A stretch of DNA of 64,000 bases, taken from NCBI GenBank assembly GCA_039804105.1, contig JBDRZU010000001.1, positions 640,001 through 704,000 of the forward strand, read 5' to 3'. Position numbers and translations under genes: made by a program. The notes under the pieces are model-generated. The model saw only the letters and a program-made list of their open reading frames with translations. It was not told the origin of the DNA and searched no databases. This document shows, piece by piece, positions 56,541-64,000 of the stretch; the stretch's first letter is position 1; each line of letters opens with the position of its first letter. The DNA comes from a candidate division WOR-3 bacterium. Its GTDB lineage: Bacteria > Hydrothermota > 32-111.

Positions 56541-56982
56541 GATCGTTCAATTCCTTTTCAAAAATTTCTTTTATTTCAATTTCATCCTTTGCACCAAAAA
56601 TCTTTTGTTTAAAATTTTTTGATGATAACAATCTTTTTAAATATCCCAATAATTCAAGATATCTGGCTTTCAGATTCGAAGGGAATGAAATGATAAATAA
56701 AAACTTTACGTTATCATTTTCGTTTAAATTAATTCCTTTTTCAGAAAATCCTATAATAATTTTTATGTTCTCTATTTTTTCATCCTGATCTTTTAAAAAA
56801 AGTGTTTCATCGAACACAAAAGGGAATGAAAAAATCTGGTCATCAAAAATTTTTTTCTCTTTTTCATCTAAAATTTTATCATCAAAAAATTTCTTTAATA
56901 GAGTTTTCGGGAATTCTAATATATCTTCACTTTTAATTTTATTAACAACAATTTCAATCCAGTTGGTTCTATTTTCCATCAT
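56530..56982 (-). CDS. Degenerate PTS EIIA (Ntr/Fru-type)-fold protein with no histidine
   Basis: C-terminal half IIGFSEKGI...VKFLFII..P...YLELLGYLKRLL matches PTS_EIIA_2; the IAIPH phospho-site is absent. Confidence 0.6.
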   Translation of the reverse strand: MMENRTNWIEIVVNKIKSEDILEFPKTLLKKFFDDKILDEKEKKIFDDQIFSFPFVFDETLFLKDQDEKIENIKIIIGFSEKGINLNENDNVKFLFIISFPSNLKARYLELLGYLKRLLSSKNFKQKIFGAKDEIEIKEIFEKELNDLET

Positions 56983-58292
56983 AATATGTATTTTTTCCTA
57001 TCACCTGTTATGCTTACTTCTTTAACCTTGCTTTTAACGAAACTGGAATCGATTAAAATATTCTTAGGATTATAATCTTTTCCTTCAAACATTATATCTT
57101 CAAGAACTTTGTTAACTATTGTTCTTAAGCGTCTTGCTCCAATATCTTCAAGTTTTTGGTTGTACTCTTCTGCGATAGATGATATCAGTTCGATCGCATC
57201 ATCCGAAAACTCTATATCAATCCCATCAACTTTCAAAAGGTTCTTATACTGTTTCAAAATAGAGTTATCAGGTTCTTTAAGAATTCTAATAAAATCATTT
57301 TTCCCTAACCTATCAAGTTCAACTCGAACAGGGAATCTTCCTTGAAGTTCAGGCATAAGATCCGATACAGAACTGTTTGAAAATGCTCCCGCTGCAATGA
57401 AAAGGATATGGTCGGTTTTAACTGAACCAAATTTTGTCATAACAGTTGTTCCCTCAACTATTGGAAGTAAATCCCTCTGAACACCACTTCTTGAAACATC
57501 CACTCCAGCCCCTCTTTCAGGAGCGATGATTTTATCGATCTCATCGATAAAAACTATACCAAAATTTTCAACTCTGTCTTTTGCAACATCTATAACTTTA
57601 TCCTTATCTATTTTCTTGTTTATTTCCCTTTCTTTTATTATCTCTTTTGCGTTCTTTACTTTTACCTTTCTTTTTCTTGTTTTTTTGGGCGAAATATCCT
57701 TTATAAATTCCTGAAAAGATTCTAAAGATTCAAACCCTGGAACAGCAAAAATATCAAATATTGGTCTATCACTTTCCTGTACATTCAATTCTATTTCTCG
57801 ATCATCGAGTATTCCATCTCTATACATCTGTTGAAACTTTTTCCTTGAACTTTCTTCATAAGCCTCAATACCGGGGAACACGAGATCGAGTATTTCGTTT
57901 TCAACAGTTTTTGAAACTTCATTTTCAAGATCGTTGTACATCTCTTTGAATACCATATCATAACCTATATTCATCAGATCTCTTATGATCGACTCAACAT
58001 CTTTTCCTACATATCCTATTTCTGTGAATTTTGTTGCCTCAACTTTTATAAAAGGTGCTTTCAAAATCATCGATAATCTTCTTGCAATCTCTGTCTTTCC
58101 AACTCCTGTTGGACCAATCATGATAATGTTGCTCAAAAAAATGTCCTCTCTCAATTTTTCATCAACAAGTTTTCTTCTGATTCTGTTTCTAACAGCGATT
58201 GCGACCTGTTTCTTTGCCTCATCCTGTCCAACTATATATTTGTTCAACTCTTTTACAATCTCTTTTGGGTTTAATTCAGTATCCTTGATCAT
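56979..58292 (-). CDS. hslU: ATP-dependent protease ATPase subunit HslU
   Basis: GPTGVGKTEIARR, KFTEIGYVG, FIDEIDK, GVQRDLLP, ELQGRFP, IGARRL. Confidence 0.97.
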   Translation of the reverse strand: MIKDTELNPKEIVKELNKYIVGQDEAKKQVAIAVRNRIRRKLVDEKLREDIFLSNIIMIGPTGVGKTEIARRLSMILKAPFIKVEATKFTEIGYVGKDVESIIRDLMNIGYDMVFKEMYNDLENEVSKTVENEILDLVFPGIEAYEESSRKKFQQMYRDGILDDREIELNVQESDRPIFDIFAVPGFESLESFQEFIKDISPKKTRKRKVKVKNAKEIIKEREINKKIDKDKVIDVAKDRVENFGIVFIDEIDKIIAPERGAGVDVSRSGVQRDLLPIVEGTTVMTKFGSVKTDHILFIAAGAFSNSSVSDLMPELQGRFPVRVELDRLGKNDFIRILKEPDNSILKQYKNLLKVDGIDIEFSDDAIELISSIAEEYNQKLEDIGARRLRTIVNKVLEDIMFEGKDYNPKNILIDSSFVKSKVKEVSITGDRKKYIL

Positions 58293-58819
58293 TTCAAAAC
58301 CTCAACAGTTAAACTATCATTTGTATAAATACAGATTTCTGAAACTATTTTCAACGAGTTTACAACTATATCTTCAGCGGAAAGATTTGAATATCTTACA
58401 AGTGCTCTTGCTGCTGCATAAGCGTAAGCACTCCCTGAACCTATTGAAACTATACCATCATCAGGTTCAATTACATCTCCTTTTCCAGATATTATAAGGG
58501 AATGTTCTTTATCCATAACAACAAGCATCGCTTCAAGTTGTCTTAAAATTTTATCCTGCCTCCATTCCTTCGTTAGATCAGTCGCAGCTTTTATTATATC
58601 TCCTTTTGAGTTCATAAGGTACCTTTCAAATTTATCAAAAAGTGTTAACGCATCAGCAACCGAACCAGCAAACCCTGCAAGAACTTTACCTTCATAAAGT
58701 TTTTTTACTTTTCTTGCACTTTTTTTAACTATCGTTTCGCCAAGCGTAACCTGCCCATCTCCACCCATCACGGTAATTCCATCTTTTCTTAAACCAAGTA
58801 TTGTTGTTGATCTTATCAT
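58289..58819 (-). CDS. hslV: ATP-dependent protease subunit HslV
   Basis: STTIL, GDGQVT, GFAG..ADA, IGSG, ICIYTN. Confidence 0.97.
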   Translation of the reverse strand: MIRSTTILGLRKDGITVMGGDGQVTLGETIVKKSARKVKKLYEGKVLAGFAGSVADALTLFDKFERYLMNSKGDIIKAATDLTKEWRQDKILRQLEAMLVVMDKEHSLIISGKGDVIEPDDGIVSIGSGSAYAYAAARALVRYSNLSAEDIVVNSLKIVSEICIYTNDSLTVEVLK

Positions 58820-58822
58820 ATA

Positions 58823-61273
58823 TCACTCCAAATAATTGATTAAAGAATCTATCCTTGTTTGCAATTTTAAAAAAGTAAGATTCTCAAAAACTTTTTTCTT
58901 TAAAATCTCTTTCAGATCATTTCTTTCTTTATAAAAAATTAACAAAAAAATCAAAAGTTCAGTTTTTGTTAAAATATTTTTGCCAGGACTGATCGATGAT
59001 AATTTTTCGATAAATTTTCTTAAAACCTCTTCACCAAGTTCTTTTTTATACTTAACCACAAGATTTATAGTCAATTTTTCTAATTTGTTTATTATATCAT
59101 TTTTATTTAAATAATCAAGTTTCGTAGAAGGCCAAAAACCAGATAAAAGATCAAGTTTTACCTTATGAAATACTATATGATCAGGAATTTTTTCTTTTTC
59201 TGAAAATGTTTTTAGAAGTTCATTTAAATAATATACTGATTTTTCAAAATCAAAAAGATTGAAATAAAGATGCGATAAATTGTTGAGAATTCTTCTCTTC
59301 AAACCTATATTTGTTTGAACAAGTACTCCTGCCAAAAGTGAAGAAAAGATATCAAGAGATGTTGAAAAATCACCAATTTTCGAGTAAAGAACAGCAAGGT
59401 TAAGGTATAAACTCTGTAAAGCGTTATCCATATTTGAATATTTAAAAATCTCAAGCGCCCTATTATAATTTTCCAAAGAGAGTTCAAAATTTTCCATATC
59501 ATCATACAAAATTCCCAAACTCATAAAAACTTTTCCCAAATCTCCAATAAAATTGTTATCTCTACAGTTTTTCTTACATCTTTCAAGAAAGAATTCTGCT
59601 TTTCCATAATCCTCAATTATTATGTTAAAATTTCCAACAAGAAAATCGTACGTCATTTTCTGCCTGTTATCAAGATTTTCATACTGTATTTTGTTCATCA
59701 AATTTTTAAACTGTTTCAATTCAAGATTGTTGTAAAGAAAACTAAGATAAAGCAACTTTTGGGTGTTCGATTTACACATTTTTAAATTAAGTTTTTTCCC
59801 CTTTATTAGATCAAGCAATATTTTTATATTTGTTCTTTCCTCTTTATCCTTAATTTTTTGAGAAAAGATCTCTGCTCCATTTATATTCCCTTCTGAAATA
59901 AAAATTTTCGACATGATCACAAGTTTTTTTTCATTTTCACTTTTTATACGTTCAACCATCTTTTTCGAAAGAATATTGTCACCATAATAGTATAACCTTT
60001 CGGAAACTTTAATAAGGTTTTTATCATCTCCTTTCAAAAAACCAAATTTTAAATCCTCAAAGGTTTTTAAAGATTCAGGATATTTTAATTTTATTTTAAA
60101 TTTCTTGGCAAGATAAAAGTATAATGGAGGATACATATACCTGTAATAACCATTTATATTTTTTAAAACCAATCTGTTTGAAAGGTATTCTAAAATTTTA
60201 AAATCATTTTTACTTTTTATTTTACGAGTATCAATAACGAGTCCATATTTTAAAATGCTTTCAAATTTTGATTCTAAATCTTGACCCAACTCGAAATCAT
60301 CATTTAAAAATTCATAAAGATCAAAATCAAACAATTCTTTCTTTTCTCTTATAAATTTTGATACAAGGAACCTGTTTCCACTTGTAATATCAAATAAAAA
60401 ATTCAACAAAAAAATCGACTTCTCTTTTAAGAATAGTTCCAAATTTCTTGAAATTTCATCAAGATAGAGATTTTCTATTGTAAATTCTCTGTAATCTGTT
60501 TTTTTCACAATATTTAAAATTCTATTCAAATTTCCATCTTCCTCGATTGATAAAGGATTATAAAAAAAGCATATATTTTTATCAGATACATTATCAAAAT
60601 ATTTGTCAAAATCATAAAAACAAAAATTTTTATATTCTCTTTCTAAAACATTTTTTAAATATGTTTTTCCAGATCTGAAACCTCCTTTTATTATTACATT
60701 TTTACCTTCATTCAAACATTTTCTTATTTCCCTTTCACACCTAAATGGAATTTTTATTTCTCCAATCCTGTTTTTTTCAAATATTGTTATACAATTTTTC
60801 CCCTTTTCCTTTGATGAGTACAAAGCGTTATCAGCGTTTTCAAGTACACTTTCAATATTTTCAACATCACCTTCTGAAACTCCAAATGAAAGTGTTATTC
60901 TTATCATATTGTTGTTAAAAATTATAGGATTTTTTTCAATTCTTTCCTTAAAACTTTCCAGAACCCTTACAAAATCTTCCTTTGTTTTCAAAGAGGATAT
61001 CAGAATAAACTCATCACCTCCATATCTTATCGGGAAATCTCCTCGTGAGGAAAATTCTGTAAGAATTTCTGAAACTTTTTTGATAACAAAATCTCCAGTT
61101 TGATGTCCATAAATATCATTGATACTTTTAAAATCATCTATATCAAATATTGATAAAACTATTTTATCTGAAAGGAAATTTTTTAAATTGTTAAAAAACC
61201 TTTTATTGAAAATACCAGTAAGATCATCATAATATACAGGTTCCAATCCCTTTAACTTCTCTTCCACTCCCAT
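58823..61273 (-). CDS. Diguanylate cyclase (GGDEF) fused to a reduced STAND-like P-loop domain and TPR repeats
   Basis: DDLTGIFN, DIDDFKSIND.YGHQTGD, RYGGDEF, ADNALY.SK..GKN; Walker A GGFRSGKT; TSGN; TPRs (SLGILY...YNRALEIF, NLAVLY, NNLSHLY). Confidence 0.8.
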   Translation of the reverse strand: MGVEEKLKGLEPVYYDDLTGIFNKRFFNNLKNFLSDKIVLSIFDIDDFKSINDIYGHQTGDFVIKKVSEILTEFSSRGDFPIRYGGDEFILISSLKTKEDFVRVLESFKERIEKNPIIFNNNMIRITLSFGVSEGDVENIESVLENADNALYSSKEKGKNCITIFEKNRIGEIKIPFRCEREIRKCLNEGKNVIIKGGFRSGKTYLKNVLEREYKNFCFYDFDKYFDNVSDKNICFFYNPLSIEEDGNLNRILNIVKKTDYREFTIENLYLDEISRNLELFLKEKSIFLLNFLFDITSGNRFLVSKFIREKKELFDFDLYEFLNDDFELGQDLESKFESILKYGLVIDTRKIKSKNDFKILEYLSNRLVLKNINGYYRYMYPPLYFYLAKKFKIKLKYPESLKTFEDLKFGFLKGDDKNLIKVSERLYYYGDNILSKKMVERIKSENEKKLVIMSKIFISEGNINGAEIFSQKIKDKEERTNIKILLDLIKGKKLNLKMCKSNTQKLLYLSFLYNNLELKQFKNLMNKIQYENLDNRQKMTYDFLVGNFNIIIEDYGKAEFFLERCKKNCRDNNFIGDLGKVFMSLGILYDDMENFELSLENYNRALEIFKYSNMDNALQSLYLNLAVLYSKIGDFSTSLDIFSSLLAGVLVQTNIGLKRRILNNLSHLYFNLFDFEKSVYYLNELLKTFSEKEKIPDHIVFHKVKLDLLSGFWPSTKLDYLNKNDIINKLEKLTINLVVKYKKELGEEVLRKFIEKLSSISPGKNILTKTELLIFLLIFYKERNDLKEILKKKVFENLTFLKLQTRIDSLINYLE

Positions 61274-61280
61274 ATAAATT

Positions 61281-61308
61281 ATTATAAAATATTATGAAAA
61301 AAAGTCAA
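61281..61308 (-). promoter_or_regulatory. Predicted promoter TTGACT-16-TATAAT, 7 nt before the ATG at 61273 (leaderless)
   Basis: Fills the 37-bp gap after the polA stop; no SD. Confidence 0.75.
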
Positions 61309-61310
61309 TT

Positions 61311-63782
61311 TCAAATCTCTCCCCAATTTTTGCCTTTTTTTATATTAACACTGAGTATTCGATCAAAAGGTTCTATATCGACCATACACTTTTCACATAT
61401 CTGAGAATATTTTTCAAACATATTCTCCTTCATCTCAAATATTAGTTCATCGTGAACGGTGAGTATTAACATTATATCTTTTTTTTCTTTAATTTTCTGA
61501 AACACATTTTTAATCGCTATTTTCATAATATCGGCTGCTGTCCCCTGGATTGGAGTATTTATGGCCATCCTTTCCCCACTCATCCTTACAGTTTTATTCT
61601 GGGAAAGTATTTCTGGTATATACCTATATCTTCCAAAATATGTTTTTACATAACCATCTTTTGATGCTTCTTTTATGGTTTTTTCAATCCATTCTTTTAC
61701 CCCACTATACTCTTCAAAATACCTGTTGATAAAATTTTCGGCCTCTTTTTTCGAAATACCTAACTCCTGACTTAAACCGTATGAGGTTTTTCCATAGAGA
61801 ACAGAAAAATTAACAATTTTCGCTATACTCCTTTTTTTCTCGTCTATACTTTTATAATCAACATTAAAAATGTATTTTGCAGTTTCATTGTGTATATCCT
61901 TTCCCTCTTGAAAAGCTTTATTGAGATTTTTATCTTTTGAAAGAAATGCAAGAACTCTTAATTCAATCTGGGAATAGTCAAACGAAACTAATATGTTGTC
62001 CTTATCTCTAACAACAAAACCTTCTCTGATTTCTGGTGGAACATTTTGCAAATTTGGGTTTCTAGAAGAAAATCTTCCAGTTGCTGCATAGGATTGTTCA
62101 AAAGTTGTATGAACAATATCACTCTGTTCTGTCAAAGATATTATTGGTAAAATATAACCTTTAAGAAGTTTTGAAAGTTCTCGATGTCTGATCAATAGAT
62201 CGACAACAGGATGTATACCTTTAAGTTGAACAAGTGTTTCATAATTTGTTGAAAACCCTGTTTTACCTTTTTTAACTGGTTTTAGATTCAATTTTTCAAA
62301 GAGTACTTCTGATACCTGTTTCGATGAATTAACATTGAAACTGGTTCCAGTGACCTCAAAAATTTTTTTCTCAATTTTATATATCTCATTCTCTATCTTT
62401 TCATTTTCTTTTTTAAAAAAATTTACATCAACTTTTATTCCATTTTTCTCCATCTCAACTATTGCAGGGATAATTGGAATCTCTATATTTTTGTATACTT
62501 CAAAATTTATATCATTTTGTGAATCAGTAATAAATTTATGTTTTATCCTTACAAATTTAAACAATAGGTCCTTTTTCGAAATTTCTTCAAAATTTTTACC
62601 GTAGTACTCTTCAACAACTCTATTTATATTTGTACTCTTCATTTGTGTTTGCCTTATAGTGTTTATATCTATTATCTCATTGTCACCCTCAAAATTTAAA
62701 AACTCAGAGAAATTTTTCAAATTATCAAAAATCAGCACTTTGTTTGAAATTTTATGGAGTTCTTTAAAACCTTCCCTTTTGTCACATTCAAAGATCCCTT
62801 TATTTGATCCAAAAAGAATCTTCTCCTGATCTTCGAATATAACTATGGAATCGTCTTTTAAAACCTCATCGATAAAGAGTAATTCGTTTATTTTTATATC
62901 TTCTACTTCTACATTTTCATCAAATTTTTTTAAAAGAGAGAAAATTTCATACTCTTTTAAAATATTGTTTATCTTTTTTATATCTTTCTCTTTTATTTTT
63001 ACATCTTCCAATTCGACATCCAGAGCGATATCATCTTTCAACTTTATCAATTCTCTATACTTTTTTAGATTATCAATATTTTTTATTAGTTTTTCTTTAA
63101 GTTTATCGTTCTTTAAGATATCGGGATTTTTGAAAAACTCATCAAGAGAAACGATTTCCTGTAAAATCTTTTCAGCAGTTTTAGGGCCTATTCCCTCTAT
63201 TCCAGGAACATTATCTATGTTATCTCCAATAAGCGAAAAATAATCAATTATCTGTTCTTTTTTTATGTTCAGTTTCTCTTCAATACCTTTTTCATCGAGT
63301 ACAGGATATTTCCCATTCTCCTTCTTAGGATAGATAATTTTTACTTTATGATCAACAAGTTGTCCCATATCTTTATCGCTTGTAACAATAAAAATATTTT
63401 CAAAACTGTTGTAAAATTTTTTACACAAACTTGCTATCAGATCATCCGATTCAAAACCCTGTAATGAAAGGATATTTATTCCAAAATTTCTGACAATTTC
63501 ATATATAACCGGTATTTGAGAGATCAACTCATCAGGGGCTTTTTCCCTCTCTGCTTTATATTCAGCATACAGATTATGTCTGAATGTTGGTTCTTTCATG
63601 TCTACAGTACATACAATATATTCGATTCTATTTGACTCAAGAAGATCAAGTAAAAAACTTGTTGTTCCAAAAATCGCTGAAGTATTTAATCCCTTTGAGT
63701 TCCTCAAAGGGTTTTTCATAAAAGCGAAAAAATTTCTATAGATAATGTTTGTAAGATCAACAAGAAAAAGTTCTTTTTTCAC
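61311..63782 (-). CDS. polA: DNA polymerase I (5'-3' exonuclease, degenerate 3'-5' exonuclease, polymerase)
   Basis: FRHNLY.EYKA.R, ESDD, GD..DNVPGI.GIGPKTA, TGRFSS.NPNLQN, DYSQIELR, AK.VNF..LYG, VHDEL; GTG start. Confidence 0.96.
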   Translation of the reverse strand: MKKELFLVDLTNIIYRNFFAFMKNPLRNSKGLNTSAIFGTTSFLLDLLESNRIEYIVCTVDMKEPTFRHNLYAEYKAEREKAPDELISQIPVIYEIVRNFGINILSLQGFESDDLIASLCKKFYNSFENIFIVTSDKDMGQLVDHKVKIIYPKKENGKYPVLDEKGIEEKLNIKKEQIIDYFSLIGDNIDNVPGIEGIGPKTAEKILQEIVSLDEFFKNPDILKNDKLKEKLIKNIDNLKKYRELIKLKDDIALDVELEDVKIKEKDIKKINNILKEYEIFSLLKKFDENVEVEDIKINELLFIDEVLKDDSIVIFEDQEKILFGSNKGIFECDKREGFKELHKISNKVLIFDNLKNFSEFLNFEGDNEIIDINTIRQTQMKSTNINRVVEEYYGKNFEEISKKDLLFKFVRIKHKFITDSQNDINFEVYKNIEIPIIPAIVEMEKNGIKVDVNFFKKENEKIENEIYKIEKKIFEVTGTSFNVNSSKQVSEVLFEKLNLKPVKKGKTGFSTNYETLVQLKGIHPVVDLLIRHRELSKLLKGYILPIISLTEQSDIVHTTFEQSYAATGRFSSRNPNLQNVPPEIREGFVVRDKDNILVSFDYSQIELRVLAFLSKDKNLNKAFQEGKDIHNETAKYIFNVDYKSIDEKKRSIAKIVNFSVLYGKTSYGLSQELGISKKEAENFINRYFEEYSGVKEWIEKTIKEASKDGYVKTYFGRYRYIPEILSQNKTVRMSGERMAINTPIQGTAADIMKIAIKNVFQKIKEKKDIMLILTVHDELIFEMKENMFEKYSQICEKCMVDIEPFDRILSVNIKKGKNWGEI

Positions 63783-64000
63783 CTGTACAACCTTTCACTT
63801 ATTATTATCTTTACAACATTGTCAGGAACAAGACCGTTGACTCTAACACCTTTCTTTATAAGTTCTCTTATCATTGATGATGAAATCTCAATTACAGGGT
63901 TATCTGCAACAATCGCATTTTCAAAAAACTTTTTGTCGAAATCCGGTTTTTCACAATACCTTCTTGTGATGATAAAATTTGCATACCTTTTCAGTTCATC
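63779..64000 (-). CDS. nadD: Nicotinate-nucleotide adenylyltransferase, C-terminal part (5' end outside the window)
   Basis: Manual translation ...ANFIITRR...IEISSSMIRELIKKG..V.GLVPDNV..II.SERLYR*; GTGA overlap with polA. Confidence 0.85.
   Translation of the reverse strand, partial: DELKRYANFIITRRYCEKPDFDKKFFENAIVADNPVIEISSSMIRELIKKGVRVNGLVPDNVVKIIISERLYR

Noticed and set aside
61272..61302. dif-like site (ATAAT..ATTATG)
   Set aside because: Lacks the XerD arm TTATGTTAAAT and the correct spacing; fully explained as a promoter.
1..64000. rRNA, tRNA, CRISPR arrays, riboswitches, IS elements, alternative genetic code
   Set aside because: No intergenic gap exceeds about 165 bp and none shows GC-rich structured RNA or spaced repeats; conserved genes are full-length under the standard code, ending in TAA/TGA/TAG.

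Overview
This is an AT-rich (roughly 30% GC by eye), very densely coded bacterial chromosome segment. A TamA/TamB pair, a T9SS-type C-terminal domain, DUF3098 and a sigma70 without region 1.1 suggest a diderm of the FCB superphylum, possibly a WOR-3/TA06-like candidate lineage (inference). Most genes lie on the minus strand in three very long runs with almost no gaps. Run 1 (18949 to <1): MBL hydrolase, beta-CASP RNase, xerD, a 1310-aa coiled-coil protein, then a surface-polysaccharide cluster (neuA-like, wbpA-like, wzc, algD/ugd-like, UDP-GlcA decarboxylase, wbpB-like, DegT, CapD/PglF, NodU carbamoyltransferase). Run 2 (30581-20250): ppdK, serS, spoIID/lytB, tamA, tamB. Run 3 (61273-40954): GGDEF-STAND-TPR, hslVU, hisS/aspS, def and others, ending trypsin/zinc-ribbon, YbjN-like chaperone, argF, ridA, dapF, slt. 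Plus-strand genes are an MFS transporter, sufS/sufU-like plus a secreted deacetylase-like protein, a lipoprotein, and degP-sigma70-M23. I saw no rRNA, tRNA, CRISPR, IS or prophage. The strongest unexplained signal is in the gene-expression grammar. Eight of nine predicted promoters have TTGACA/TATAAT-type boxes 16 bp apart rather than the usual 17. Five of them place +1 at or within 2 nt of the ATG (leaderless mRNA). The tamA and sigma70 genes appear to start at ATT and ATA. All calls come from reading motifs by eye; no searches were run.
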